DNA of 64,000 nucleotides from Candidatus Latescibacterota bacterium. GTDB lineage: Bacteria; Latescibacterota; UBA2968. The notes beneath the pieces were generated by a model. The model saw only the letters and a list, made by a program, of their open reading frames with translations. It was not told the DNA's origin and did not search any database. Where the stretch lies: NCBI GenBank assembly GCA_965204745.1, contig OZ242010.1:5088001-5152000 (forward strand), in the 5' to 3' direction. Shown here one piece after another: positions 19,236 to 29,975 of this stretch (position 1 is its first letter; the number at the start of each line of letters is the position of its first letter). A program made the translations under genes and the position numbers.

Positions 19236-20444
19236 TTATCTGTGGCTACTCCTCGCTTCTGATCGCAACCGCTTGGCCTCTGTGCGGATTTTGTCCATCT
19301 CCATCTTCATCCGCACGATGCCCTCCCAATGCGTGTAATCCGGCGAATGGTGGTACGCCGCCTTGAACGTGGTCGCGTGGTAAAACTTGAACAACCTGAA
19401 AAATGCCTGCTCGATCTCGGACGTGTTTTCGTACAACTGCTGCCCACCTAATTCAAATGCGTGTCCGACCACCGGATTGGGCGGCCTGTCTTCGGGCATG
19501 GGATCCAGGGCTTCCTCGTCGTACAAAGCCTTGATCAGCGCGTAGGACTCTGCGACCAGCGCATCGGCCTCGCGCTTGATCGCGTCTGCACGCTCGAGGC
19601 TTTCGCGTGCAAACCGATTGGAATGACACGGCGCGCACACCTTGAGCATGGCCTTGCGATTCGCTTCAAACTCCTTTTTCGTCAGTCGCTTCATCGCCAA
19701 GTGCGGCAAAAAATCCTCCTCGAGCACCGCGCCTGTGAACACCGCGCCCAGCCCGATATTCGCCACATGCCCGTGCTCCCCATCGGGCATGTGACACGTC
19801 ACGCAACTCGGCGACTTCTCGGCGTCCCGGTCCATATAGTACAAAACCCCGTGAACGCTGGTTTGATACGCTTCCATCACCGGATGATCCGGCCCCCCGT
19901 GACACACCTCGCACGCCTCGGGCTCGCGTGCCAGGGCCGAACTGAATTGGTGGCTCGGATGACACGCATTGCATCCGCCCACGCTGCCATCGGCAAAGCG
20001 CGCGCCAATGCTGTGACACCCCATGCACCCCTCTTCTTGCATGGCCCGCGACTGCGCCAAAAACCGCGCATCCGACAGGGCGGCCAATTCCGCATCGGCA
20101 TGCCCGCTCTCGGCAAATGCCGCCACCTCTTTCTCGTGGCATTTCCCACACGCGCCAGCAGACACCTGCCCGCGCACCGCAAAAACCGCCTCGTGATTCT
20201 CCCCGTGGCAATCCGCACATCCCACATGCGCCCGAAAATGGGCGCTCTCGCGCCACTGCTTGTCCATGCCCGGATCGATGGTTCGGTGGCAACCCTCGCA
20301 GGATTGATCGCTCCGGATCCGCCACAAAAACCCCGGGTGCGAGACGAGACGAGTCGCGGTTTCGGGTCGCGCCACAAAAAACGCGCCCCACGCGCCCACT
20401 ATCGCCAGCGCGGCAATGCCGATTAGTTTCATCCATCGCTTCAC
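19236..20444 (-). CDS. Octaheme c-type cytochrome, HAO-like family
   Basis: 8 CxxCH (CEGCH, CADCH, CGKCH, CMGCH, CNACH, CEVCH, CVTCH, CAPCH); H.FS...AR.PEAC..CH.G.DHP; HHSPDYTHWEG; N-terminal TM/signal. Confidence 0.88.
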   Translation of the reverse strand: MKRWMKLIGIAALAIVGAWGAFFVARPETATRLVSHPGFLWRIRSDQSCEGCHRTIDPGMDKQWRESAHFRAHVGCADCHGENHEAVFAVRGQVSAGACGKCHEKEVAAFAESGHADAELAALSDARFLAQSRAMQEEGCMGCHSIGARFADGSVGGCNACHPSHQFSSALAREPEACEVCHGGPDHPVMEAYQTSVHGVLYYMDRDAEKSPSCVTCHMPDGEHGHVANIGLGAVFTGAVLEEDFLPHLAMKRLTKKEFEANRKAMLKVCAPCHSNRFARESLERADAIKREADALVAESYALIKALYDEEALDPMPEDRPPNPVVGHAFELGGQQLYENTSEIEQAFFRLFKFYHATTFKAAYHHSPDYTHWEGIVRMKMEMDKIRTEAKRLRSEARSSHR

Positions 20445-23215
20445 AATTCGCGTCCTTCCAATTCGCGCAACCATGCGCGTGCCTGTACATTATTCGGCTC
20501 GCGCGCAACCACGCGCTGCAAAACCGCCACCGCGCTGTCTCGTTGCCCGCCGAGCATATACGCCTGTCCCATAAACAACTCCAACCCCCGCGCTTTCGGG
20601 TTCAGCCCCCACGCCTGTCGATACACGGCCAAAGCCCCTGCGATATCCCCGCGCTCTTGCAACACCGTGCCCAACCCGGTCAGCGCGGGCACGTAAAAGG
20701 GATCCGCGATCAGCGCGTCCAACAGATCGCGTTCTGCCCCCGCCAAATCCCCGAGATCAGCGCGAATTAAGCCCTGCATCGCATGCACATCTGCGCGGCC
20801 CGCATCGCTCTGTTCCGCAATTTCAAAATGGGGCAGCGCGTCTGCCAGCGCGCCCTGCGTATAAACCGCGTGCCCGACCGCAACCGCCGAATCCGCCCTT
20901 GTGCTCATCGCTTCTCGCGCCCGCTTGCCCAACCCGAAAAATGCGGTCCCCGCATCTTCCTTTTCCAATGCCCTGCGATATGCCGCACGCGCCAGCGCCC
21001 AATCTCCGGCCAAGACATGCGTCGCGCCTTTCTCGACCCAATCGCCTATCGGCATCTCCTCGAACTCGTAATCGTCTCGCACCGCATTATCGCCCGCTGA
21101 AAACGCCAACAGCGCGAGTTGCCGAATCGCCGGCTTAAACTCAGGCGCGACCGCGAGTGCCCTGCGATATGCCGCTCTCGCACCTACGCGATCCCCGCTT
21201 CCCCATAGCGCGTCACCCATCGCGGTTTGCAACACGGCGGATTGTCCTGATGTTTTCCCAAACGCCGCCGCGGCATCGGCAGATCGCCCATGTCGCAACA
21301 ACAACGCGCCCAACCGCGCCCGCGATGTCGCATCGCGCTTCCCCTCGAGCGACGCCCGCAGCTGCACAAATCGCGCTCGTTTTCGCGCCAACCGCGCCAA
21401 ATCCGTTGCGGTTTCCGGATGGTGCGGGTCGAGTCTTGCGACGATTTCAAACTCGCGGAGCGCAGCATCAAACCGGCCTTGTGCTTCATAGACCTGCCCC
21501 AAACTCTCGTGAAATCCCGGATCGTCCGCCTGCACCCCAGCCACCACTTGGCGATGCTCCTCCAGCGCGTTGCGAAACGCGTTGCCCAGCGCAGAATCAT
21601 CCGGCAAATACCCGACATCCATCAGCGCGAACGGGGCTTGCACGCGCACGATCCGCGCCGAATCGGACAACGCATCCAACAGCGCGGGCACCCCGCGCAC
21701 GTCGCCCAACCGCCCCAGTGAAATCGCGGCCTTCATCCGCACCATCGCTCGCGGATCCTCTACCGCCTCTACGAGCGGCGCCACGGCACGCGCATCGCCC
21801 AACTTGCCCAGCAAAGCCGCGGCCGTCGCGCGCCACACCGCGCTCTCGGTCATGTCATTCGCCAGCTTCATCAAAGGCGCGACCACTGTGGCATCGCCTT
21901 TTCGCCCCCGGGCTATCGCGGTCGTACGCGCCACGACCTCGCGCTGATAATCGCCATACCATCGCGTTGCCCATTGCGAAGCCCATTGCGCGGATTTGTC
22001 CGCGTGACACCCGCTTTGATTGCACGCATTGGGCACGCCGTTGACCCGCGTATTTTCCGGCATGGGGGAGGCGATGCGGTGATCCGTCAAATTTTCGCCC
22101 GTCACGTAGTGATACGGCATGTGGCACTGCACGCATCGATTGCCCACGCTCCCGGCCCGGTGATGCCCGTGCGCCACCGGATTCGCCGCGATATCCTCAT
22201 GGCACGATTCGCACAACCCGACGCCGTGCCGATCCGCGACCAAATCCACGGCCCGCGCATTGCCGTGCGCGTCATGGCAATGTGTGCATGTCAACTCGCC
22301 TTGCACGTAACACGCGCTCATCAAATGCAGCGCCGCCGGATACAAATACACCCGAGGCTGTCCATCCGCGTAAAAAATCGCCTCGTCATCCGGCAACACC
22401 AAAGCGTAATGATCGTAGAAATTCGCCCCCGGCAAATAGCCCGTCGCTACGATCTCCTTCGCCGCGTGGCACTGCGCGCACACCTCGACCGCCCGCGCCT
22501 TGTCCAGCACCCGCAACGCCAGCACATGCAGCGGCGCGTCCGCTTGCCCGCGCGTCTCATCGTGTTTGCCCGACGGCCCGTGGCACGCCTCGCAGTCGAT
22601 GCTCAGGCTGCCCACAGTCGTGCGATAGGTGTGCGTTGCCACGTCGTAGTGCTTTTGTACCCGGCTGGCATGACAATCAAAACAGTGAAAATTCCAGGTG
22701 CGTCCCGAATTTGTCCAGTAGTAATAATCCCCTTTTGCCAAAGGCCGCGATTGCGCCACCACCCCGCCTTCTTGGGCATCCACCCAACCCGTTGTCGCGC
22801 CGTCGTGATACAGGGGCAACACCTGCCATCGCCCATTGGGAAACGCCGTCAAATACGCCTGGTGTTGCCGCTTGCCAATCGCGTACTCCACGCGGTACGC
22901 CCCGACCTTCCCATCCGCGCCCTCGGTCTCCATGTAATACGCATCGCCCTTGCGAAACATCCGCGACCGCACGCCGCCATACACATGAGACGCATCGTCA
23001 AAATCGCCCACCACCGTGGAATCACTCGGCACGCTCATCGCCACGCTGTGCAAACTCTGCCGCCATTCCGCGTACTTGTCCGTATGACACGCCGCACAGC
23101 GTTCCACCCCGGTAAACCCCGGCTCTGACGCGCGCACCAACTCCGGCACCTCGCGCTCCTCACCACACGCCACAAACGCCAGAACGACGCATAAAATGTA
23201 AAATTTTTTGTCCAT
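20441..23215 (-). CDS. Multiheme cytochrome c lipoprotein with HEAT and TPR repeats
   Basis: Lipobox-like FVAC; 7 CxxCH plus CNQSGCH; HEAT repeats (AAALLGKLGD.RAVAPL); C-terminal TPRs. Confidence 0.88.
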   Translation of the reverse strand: MDKKFYILCVVLAFVACGEEREVPELVRASEPGFTGVERCAACHTDKYAEWRQSLHSVAMSVPSDSTVVGDFDDASHVYGGVRSRMFRKGDAYYMETEGADGKVGAYRVEYAIGKRQHQAYLTAFPNGRWQVLPLYHDGATTGWVDAQEGGVVAQSRPLAKGDYYYWTNSGRTWNFHCFDCHASRVQKHYDVATHTYRTTVGSLSIDCEACHGPSGKHDETRGQADAPLHVLALRVLDKARAVEVCAQCHAAKEIVATGYLPGANFYDHYALVLPDDEAIFYADGQPRVYLYPAALHLMSACYVQGELTCTHCHDAHGNARAVDLVADRHGVGLCESCHEDIAANPVAHGHHRAGSVGNRCVQCHMPYHYVTGENLTDHRIASPMPENTRVNGVPNACNQSGCHADKSAQWASQWATRWYGDYQREVVARTTAIARGRKGDATVVAPLMKLANDMTESAVWRATAAALLGKLGDARAVAPLVEAVEDPRAMVRMKAAISLGRLGDVRGVPALLDALSDSARIVRVQAPFALMDVGYLPDDSALGNAFRNALEEHRQVVAGVQADDPGFHESLGQVYEAQGRFDAALREFEIVARLDPHHPETATDLARLARKRARFVQLRASLEGKRDATSRARLGALLLRHGRSADAAAAFGKTSGQSAVLQTAMGDALWGSGDRVGARAAYRRALAVAPEFKPAIRQLALLAFSAGDNAVRDDYEFEEMPIGDWVEKGATHVLAGDWALARAAYRRALEKEDAGTAFFGLGKRAREAMSTRADSAVAVGHAVYTQGALADALPHFEIAEQSDAGRADVHAMQGLIRADLGDLAGAERDLLDALIADPFYVPALTGLGTVLQERGDIAGALAVYRQAWGLNPKARGLELFMGQAYMLGGQRDSAVAVLQRVVAREPNNVQARAWLRELEGREL

Positions 23216-23247
23216 AGTTCGGTGGGCTTTCAACCATCCGCGCAAGA

Positions 23248-23273
23248 GGACAGGCACAGGGGCCTGTCCCTAC
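23248..23273. repeat. GTAG-family REP-like hairpin
   Basis: GGACAGGCACAGGGGCCTGTCCCTAC. Confidence 0.75.
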
Positions 23274-23488
23274 GGGCGGTTTAAGGTGAAGAAGAACAGA
23301 TACCTCAAGAAAGGACAAAAACGCGCTGGATTCAACACTTAATTCGCATCGTCAATTACGAATCCCGATGAGAGGCAGGACGGACAACTCAAAATCAAAT
23401 TGATATTATCTTGCGTTTAGAATCCGACTTGTGCATATATACACAGCATTGAGAATAAATCCATCGCTTTTGCGTTTAGGAGTGATCG

Positions 23489-24193
23489 ATGATGCAGGTG
23501 TTTCGGGCATTTTGGCTTCATCTGTTGCTGGCGGTTGTCGCGCTGGCGCTGTGGGATACGCCGGTGGTCAAGCCGTTTCGCGTGTTTGTGGTATGGGTTC
23601 ACGAAATGGGGCACGCGAGTATGGCCCTTGCGACCGGCGGCGAGGTGGAAGAATTGCGCGTGCGGTGGAACGAGTCCGGGCATGTGATCAGCCGCGGGGG
23701 CATTTTTCCCCTGATCAGTTCGGCGGGCTATGTGGGGTCCGCCATTTTGGGCGCGTTGATGATTTACGCGGGGCAATGGCTGACCGCGCAACGGCTGTTG
23801 CTCGGCCTGGTCGGCGCGGGTCAAATTGCCATGGCGGTTTTGTACACGCCGTTTGGGGGATCGGATTTCTTTTTTGGCATCGGCTGCGGCCTCGTCTTAA
23901 TCGCCATCACGGCGCGTTTTGGGCGTTTTGCCCAGGTGTTGGCAACGTGGATCGGGGTGATGTTGTGTTTGTACAGCTTGTACGATTTTCGCACGGATTT
24001 GTGGATGCACGCGGACCGCACGGACGCGGGTATTTTGGCCAGGTATTTCGGCATTGCGATGCTGGCATATCCCATCGCATTTGTTTGGGCAACCCTTTCA
24101 ATTGGCGCGATGTTTTGGGCGATGCGGGGGTTGATCGCCGCGCAACAACCTTCGGAACCCACTCAAAGCGCGGAACCCATTTTTAAGCAATGA
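23489..24193 (+). CDS. M50B family membrane metallopeptidase
   Basis: HEMGH, SSAGYVG, TDAGILA; multiple TMs. Confidence 0.88.
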   Translation: MMQVFRAFWLHLLLAVVALALWDTPVVKPFRVFVVWVHEMGHASMALATGGEVEELRVRWNESGHVISRGGIFPLISSAGYVGSAILGALMIYAGQWLTAQRLLLGLVGAGQIAMAVLYTPFGGSDFFFGIGCGLVLIAITARFGRFAQVLATWIGVMLCLYSLYDFRTDLWMHADRTDAGILARYFGIAMLAYPIAFVWATLSIGAMFWAMRGLIAAQQPSEPTQSAEPIFKQ

Positions 24194-24208
24194 ACACAGG
24201 AGGTAGCC

Positions 24209-24934
24209 ATGGGCGATCAGGTTTTGTTGGCAAAGTTGACGAGACGAGAGTTTCGGGAGGCATTGGCGCGTGGGGAATTTCAAACCGCGATTGTTCCAGT
24301 GGGGAGCAACGAGCAACATTTGGAGCATCTGGCAATGGAGCACGATATCGCTTCGGCAACCCATGTCGCGGTGGCTGCGGCCGAGCGATTGTATCCCCAA
24401 GTGATCGTGAGCGTGCCGATGGCGGTGGGCATTTCCGAACACCACATGGTCCACAAAGGCACGGTGACCGCCAAACCGGGGTCGTGGCTGGCCGTGTTGT
24501 TCGACGCTGTGGAGAGTCTGGTGCGGCACGGGGTGAAGAATGTCATTGTGCTGAACGGTCACGGCGGCAATGCCGCGCCCTTGAAGGGCATTTTTGGGCA
24601 ATGGCGGTTGTTTTTTCAGCTCGACCGTCCAGACGTGAATTTGCAATGGGCTTCTTATTGGGATCTGATGTCCAAAGATGTCGCGGATCGAAATTTGAAA
24701 ACCAAACGCTATCCGGGGCACGCGCAGGAGTTTGAAACCGCGTTCGCCCTCGCCCTGTGGCCCGAAAATGTGCGGCGCGATGCCATGCGCGATCAAGCGG
24801 ACAAAGAGCCGTTGGAAGCCACCGCAGAAGCGGGCGCGGCACTGGTGGAAGATGCAGTCGCGCAAGTGACCGCATTTACACAGGCGTTTATCAATGGCGA
24901 GCACCGCGGCGAAAATGTCGCGCATCATCCCTAA
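24209..24934 (+). CDS. Creatininase family amidohydrolase
   Basis: PVGS.EQH..HL...D, NGHGGN, GHA..FET. Confidence 0.93.
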   Translation: MGDQVLLAKLTRREFREALARGEFQTAIVPVGSNEQHLEHLAMEHDIASATHVAVAAAERLYPQVIVSVPMAVGISEHHMVHKGTVTAKPGSWLAVLFDAVESLVRHGVKNVIVLNGHGGNAAPLKGIFGQWRLFFQLDRPDVNLQWASYWDLMSKDVADRNLKTKRYPGHAQEFETAFALALWPENVRRDAMRDQADKEPLEATAEAGAALVEDAVAQVTAFTQAFINGEHRGENVAHHP

Positions 24935-25033
24935 GCGCGGTCGGCGGTCAGCCGATGCTTTCGGGCCAAACGCTTCAGATGAGCAGGATGCGGACAACGA
25001 GCGAAGCCCTTGACGTTCCGCAGTCATTCAGCG

Positions 25034-25345
25034 AAGCCAGGCACCCATGCCATCGCAAAAGCCCATCCGCTAAAGCCATCATGCACAGCGCGCAAGGCCG
25101 TCTCGCAACCCACATCCATTATGCAACTAACTTTGCAGGCTAGCGCGTATCGTTCTGTTACAAAAGCGATTTGCGCTGTGCAAGCCTCTCGGCGTTTGAG
25201 AGCGGCATTTTTGAACTGCTGGGGCAGTTGTACCCCGCTCGCCTGCTTTTTTTTGCTGTTGAAAAAAAGTAGGTCGCCGAAGGCATCGGAGGCAACCAAC
25301 GAGGCTTTAGGACCAAACGCTTGCGATGAGCAGGATGCGGACAAC
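25034..25345. repeat. Dispersed non-coding repeat, copy 2, with inserted hairpin cassette
   Basis: Aligns with 14391-14652; extra GAACTGCTGGGGCAGTTGTACCCCGCTC at about 25213-25240. Confidence 0.88.
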
Positions 25346-25370
25346 ATAAAATCATAATATTGGAGCGGCG

Positions 25371-26552
25371 ATGCAGTCGTCTCGGGCTGTGGTGTTTGTC
25401 GCATTGGCGACGGCGTTTTCCCTGTTGGGCGACCAGATGTTGTACGCGGTGTTGCCCGTGCATTACGCCGCGTTCGGGCTGATGCCCTATCAGGTCGGCC
25501 TCATTTTGTCCGTGAACCGATGGGTGCGCTTGGTTGCGAATACGCTGGCTGAAAAGTTGTGTCGGCGTTATCCGGTGACGGGTTTGCTGATCGCGGCATT
25601 GGTTCTCGGCAACGCGTTGACGGCTGCGTACGGCGTTGTCACCTCGTTTCCCGTCTTGCTCATCGCGCGTATGCTGTGGGGCTTGGCGTGGTCGTTCATC
25701 CGCCAAATCGGTTTGATGACCGTGGTGGAGACGTCGCGCCCGGGCGCAATCGGTCAGCGGATGGGGTACTACAATGGGATCTCGCGCTTGGGGTCCGTAG
25801 GCGGCAATTTTGGGGGCGGGTTGGCCCACGACGTCATTGGGTTCGCAGTCGCGCTCTTTTTGTTTGCGATCATCTCGTTGCTGGGAACGCCTTTGGGTTG
25901 GCTGGCGCGGCGCGCTGTTTCGTGGGAAGGCAACGCGAGGGAAAAGCCCGAGGACGCGGGCTGGGTGCCCGAGTTGATGATTTGCGGCTTTGTGATCGGA
26001 TGCGTTGGCCCGGGGATCGTGATGTCGACCTTGGGCGCGGTTCTCGTGGAAATCATGGGCACATCCCTAAGCGTGTTGGGCGTGGTCATTGGCGCGGCCA
26101 CGTTGAACGGCGCGTTGCTGTCTTCGCGGTGGGTTATCGACGCGGTCAGCGCGCCTTTTCTCGGGCAGATCAGCGACCGCTTGGGGCGGCGGTGGAGCGC
26201 GGTTATTTATTTTGGCGTGGGCGTGTTGGCACTGCTCGCTGCGTCTATCGCGTCTCAGGCGGGGGTGTGGCTGGCGTGCGTGGTGGTGTTCTTTTGCTGC
26301 GGGGTCGGCGCGACCGTGGTGACGACCGCCGAGTCCGGGTTGCGCGGGTCGCGTTCTGTTGCGGGCTATGTGACGGCGTTCGATCTCGGCTCGGCAACAG
26401 GGCCTATGCTCGGGTGGATGACGCAACAACTGGCTTTGTCGTCGGACTGGATTTTCCTGATCGGCAGCGGGATGTACGCACTCGGCGGCGCGGTGGTTTT
26501 GTGCAGCAGTCGCCTATTTGGCAAGCCCCCACAACCGCTTGCGCGCGTCTGA
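25371..26552 (+). CDS. MFS transporter
   Basis: About 12 TMs, GQISDRLGRR motif. Confidence 0.9.
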   Translation: MQSSRAVVFVALATAFSLLGDQMLYAVLPVHYAAFGLMPYQVGLILSVNRWVRLVANTLAEKLCRRYPVTGLLIAALVLGNALTAAYGVVTSFPVLLIARMLWGLAWSFIRQIGLMTVVETSRPGAIGQRMGYYNGISRLGSVGGNFGGGLAHDVIGFAVALFLFAIISLLGTPLGWLARRAVSWEGNAREKPEDAGWVPELMICGFVIGCVGPGIVMSTLGAVLVEIMGTSLSVLGVVIGAATLNGALLSSRWVIDAVSAPFLGQISDRLGRRWSAVIYFGVGVLALLAASIASQAGVWLACVVVFFCCGVGATVVTTAESGLRGSRSVAGYVTAFDLGSATGPMLGWMTQQLALSSDWIFLIGSGMYALGGAVVLCSSRLFGKPPQPLARV

Positions 26553-27278
26553 CCAGTCCTCCCAGTTTTCGATTACGTGCTTCAGGGCGGCTACGTCTCG
26601 CTTGCGACCGCCGGGGGGAAAGTAATTCCACGCCATGGCGCGGCGCGGGCCGGCCGCGGTTTTCACGCCTGTGGCGTGCCAGCAACTCGGCGTCCAGACC
26701 AGAGACCAACGCGGGTCGAGGATCACTTCCACTTCTCGGGGGTGTTTGGCGAACGAGTACTCGGGCATCTCGTCATACTGCCCGGTGGCAATTTCGATTT
26801 GTCGCAATTCTTCCTCGACTTCCTCGCGGGGCCTCGCATGGGTGCCGGGCAAGACGCGCAACGGGGCGTTGGACCGCGCGTGCCTGTCCAATGCGGTGCG
26901 GACCGAGACTTGCTCGACCTCTGGCCCGCCATCGGCATGCCAGTGGACTTGCTGTTGCAACCGCCCATCTGCGGACACGATTTTAGACGCATCGCCCAAC
27001 CCGCACGCGCCCACGTGCACCTCGTCGCAACCCAAAATGCGTTGCGCCAACTTCACGAGATCTGGGTGCTCCACCGCTTGCAAGAGCGGTTCGCCAACCA
27101 TAAAAAACTGAAACGCGCCGGGATTAAAACCCGCGGCCCTATCGGCCTTTTGCCAAGTGGGTTCAACGGCTCGCTGGCGGCGGTCAATCTCGCGCATCGC
27201 CTCATCGGTCAGTGGATTGCGGAGAAAGAAGAATCCCCGGCGATGAAAGTGTGCGATCTGTCGATCTGTGACATCCAT
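26514..27278 (-). CDS. Phytanoyl-CoA dioxygenase (PhyH) family Fe/2OG enzyme
   Basis: Q...F.RRGF, WHAD, LRVLPGTH, WHA......R. Confidence 0.82.
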   Translation of the reverse strand: MDVTDRQIAHFHRRGFFFLRNPLTDEAMREIDRRQRAVEPTWQKADRAAGFNPGAFQFFMVGEPLLQAVEHPDLVKLAQRILGCDEVHVGACGLGDASKIVSADGRLQQQVHWHADGGPEVEQVSVRTALDRHARSNAPLRVLPGTHARPREEVEEELRQIEIATGQYDEMPEYSFAKHPREVEVILDPRWSLVWTPSCWHATGVKTAAGPRRAMAWNYFPPGGRKRDVAALKHVIENWEDWSDARKRLWGLAK

Positions 27279-27279
27279 T

Positions 27280-28281
27280 TTAATCCGCGACCTTTACCAA
27301 GCGTTTTCCGATGTTGCCGCCCCGCAGCATGTCGATAAATGCCTCGGGCGCGCGCTCCAACCCCTCCCAGATGTCTTCCCGGTACTCGATCCGCCCTTCA
27401 TTGACCCAAACGGCGAGTTGCTTGAGCCCCTCGGCGTGCTGGTCTGCAAAGTCGGAAACCAAAAACCCGCGCATGGTCAATCGCTTGGCGATAAAGTGCC
27501 ACATAAACCGCGGGCCTCGTTCGACCTCGGTCAGGTTGTACTGCGAGATTTGCCCGCAAACCGCAATGCGCCCATGCACATTCATCAGGGGAAAGACCGC
27601 GTCGGAGACCGCGCCGCCGACATTGTCGAAGTACACATCGATCCCATCCGGGCACAGGCGTTGCAATTTCGCGCTGTAATCCGCCACTTCTTTGTAGTTG
27701 AACGCCGCATCAAAGCCCAACGCGTCGACCACATGGGCGATTTTTTCGGCCGAGCCGGCCACGCCCACCACGCGACAGCCCTTGATCTTGGCGATTTGCC
27801 CCACGATGGACCCCACGGCACCCGCCGCGCCGGTTACCAACACGGTCTCGCCGTCGCGGGGTTGTCCAACGAGCAACAGGCCGCAATACGCGGTCAGGCC
27901 CGGCATGCCCAAGACGCCCAAGGCCGTTGACACGGGCGCGAGGTCTGGATCGACTTTGCGGACATTCGCGCCCTTGGCCACGCCATAAGCCTGCCACCCG
28001 ATTTGCGCGTGGACCCTATCGCCTTCCTCGAAATTCGGATCGTTTGACGCGACCACCTCGCCCACCGTGCTGCCCACCATCACTTCGCCGAGTTGCACAT
28101 TTGCCGCGTACGAGGCGCGGTCATTCATGCGCCCGCGCATATAGGGATCGACCGACATGAACAGGGTTCTCGACAGGACTTCGCCCTCGCCCGGCTGTGG
28201 GATCGGGGTTTCGATGAGCTCGAAATCATCCGGCACGGGAAATCCCTTGGGACGCGAGGCCAGCGTGATTTGGCGATTCAT
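27280..28281 (-). CDS. NADP-dependent oxidoreductase (CurA/YncB, prostaglandin reductase-like)
   Basis: LASRP.G.P, SVDPYMRGRM, LGMPGLTAY, GAAGAVGS, YFDNVGG. Confidence 0.94.
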   Translation of the reverse strand: MNRQITLASRPKGFPVPDDFELIETPIPQPGEGEVLSRTLFMSVDPYMRGRMNDRASYAANVQLGEVMVGSTVGEVVASNDPNFEEGDRVHAQIGWQAYGVAKGANVRKVDPDLAPVSTALGVLGMPGLTAYCGLLLVGQPRDGETVLVTGAAGAVGSIVGQIAKIKGCRVVGVAGSAEKIAHVVDALGFDAAFNYKEVADYSAKLQRLCPDGIDVYFDNVGGAVSDAVFPLMNVHGRIAVCGQISQYNLTEVERGPRFMWHFIAKRLTMRGFLVSDFADQHAEGLKQLAVWVNEGRIEYREDIWEGLERAPEAFIDMLRGGNIGKRLVKVAD

Positions 28282-28485
28282 TTTTCCTCCTTTGTGGTTG
28301 TTGTGCGTTATCCGCTGTATATTACCATTCATCGCCCCAAAGCACAACCAAACAATTTCATGTGGACAAACGCCACCGACTCGTATAGATTGTTGCCGCC
28401 TCATCCGCGAGATGGGAACTTTCTTTTATGACAAAAATCTAAACCATATCTCCACGACCAACCCCGTTCATTAAGCGAGTATCCC

Positions 28486-29235
28486 ATGAACCTCGTTCAC
28501 ATTCGATTTGGGAATACCCTGAGCAGCCAAATTTATCGGGCGCGTCAGGCGCAACGCGAATTTCAGAAAAGGCGGGCGGCCCGTCCGTGCGATGTCCAAA
28601 TTGCCACGCGATCCAAAAATCCCGCTGCGGATTTGAAGGCGCGCTACTGGCCGAACGCGATGTACGCCAGCCTGTTGAGCACGGCACTCCTTTTCGCCAT
28701 CGCTTGGTTCTACCCGGAATACCATCCCACAATCCGCACGGCGCATGCACCGATGCGGGTCGTCAGACCCAATATTCCGGAAACGACCCAAAAAAAACGC
28801 CCGCCATCGCCGCCCCGTCCACAAGTGCCACTCGCCGTCGAGGGCGAGGAAGTGCCCGAAGACATCACGATTGAGTCAACCGAATTGGACCTCGACAACA
28901 TCGCCCTCCCCACTTTGGCCGGCGTGCCGAGCGCGGACTATTTGGACGAACCCATCGACTATCTCGAGATCGACTACAAGCCCCATCCCAACCGCATTGT
29001 CGTGCCGGAATATCCCCCCGAAGCCAGGGGAAAACGCTTTGAAGGCAAGGTCACGGTCAAAGTGCTGGTTGACAAAGAGGGCAATGTAGAGGACGTGCAG
29101 TTCGTACACGGGCCGGAAATCCTCAAGGAAGCGGCCCTCGCCGCAGCGCGACAATTTCGATTCCGCCCCGGCAAACACAAAGGCGAACGCCGCAAAGTTT
29201 GGATGTTTATGCCCATTGAATTTTCATTGAAGTAG
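28486..29235 (+). CDS. tonB: TonB family energy transducer
   Basis: Single TM, Pro-rich linker, PEYPPEAR...EGKV.V..LVD..G.V, FRPG; start uncertain. Confidence 0.85.
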   Translation: MNLVHIRFGNTLSSQIYRARQAQREFQKRRAARPCDVQIATRSKNPAADLKARYWPNAMYASLLSTALLFAIAWFYPEYHPTIRTAHAPMRVVRPNIPETTQKKRPPSPPRPQVPLAVEGEEVPEDITIESTELDLDNIALPTLAGVPSADYLDEPIDYLEIDYKPHPNRIVVPEYPPEARGKRFEGKVTVKVLVDKEGNVEDVQFVHGPEILKEAALAAARQFRFRPGKHKGERRKVWMFMPIEFSLK

Positions 29236-29301
29236 CGTGGCATTCATCCCATCAACTCGCCCGACCAATCGCCGCGCTATATTCCTTGAAAAGGAGACAC
29301 G

Positions 29302-29850
29302 ATGACACAGCAGAACTCGGAGGCCAGTTTTGGGCTTCAAGAAAGCGATTTTGTTGACGCAAAGGCCGTCAACCAAGCGACGATGGCGAATATCGACGCT
29401 AAAGTGGAAAACCCCCAACACAGCAAGACATTGGAGTTGCCCTATATCACGCAAGCCGACAATCGCTATTATCAATTTCGGTTTCACTTCTCGACCAGCG
29501 TTGAAGCCGCAATCGAGAGGTTTGGGGAAACGGCCATTATCAGAGCCCTCAACGCCCAACACCGAGTTAGGTTCGCGGCAATCGTCCGCGAAGGTGTCAA
29601 GGCAGGGCTTCCAGATGAACTCATCCAAGCGAGAATTGACCGCTTCCCTGCTTCTCCCAATACCGCGGCAGAAGCCGAGGAGATGAGAGAACGACTGGTC
29701 GAGACCGAGGCCGAACTCGCTCTCGCGAAAGCGCGGCAAGCCTTGGTGCAGGCCCTCACGAAAAACCAGCAGTTTGAGAGAATCCCCTCTGTTTTTTCTA
29801 TGGGTCTCTCTGCCATCGAGAAGGAACTAAGGAACTTTTCGGACGATTAG
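29302..29850 (+). CDS. Hypothetical protein (182 aa, C-terminal coiled coil)
   Basis: AAGGAG RBS; fills the intergenic space; no recognised motif. Confidence 0.7.
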   Translation: MTQQNSEASFGLQESDFVDAKAVNQATMANIDAKVENPQHSKTLELPYITQADNRYYQFRFHFSTSVEAAIERFGETAIIRALNAQHRVRFAAIVREGVKAGLPDELIQARIDRFPASPNTAAEAEEMRERLVETEAELALAKARQALVQALTKNQQFERIPSVFSMGLSAIEKELRNFSDD

Positions 29851-29975
29851 ACTAATTATCCCCTTACTTCCCCTGTCCTCCCTCCCGCTCTGCACGCTGT
29901 TCGCCTCGCTCGGTGAACAGCATCCCTCCGGCCCCAACCGCGAGATGTATCGTTCTCACCGAGGAGCCATGCAAA

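Noticed and set aside
23331-23349. Possible solo IS982 end (CTTAATTCGCAT shared with about 55882-55893)
   Set aside because: Match too short to support alone
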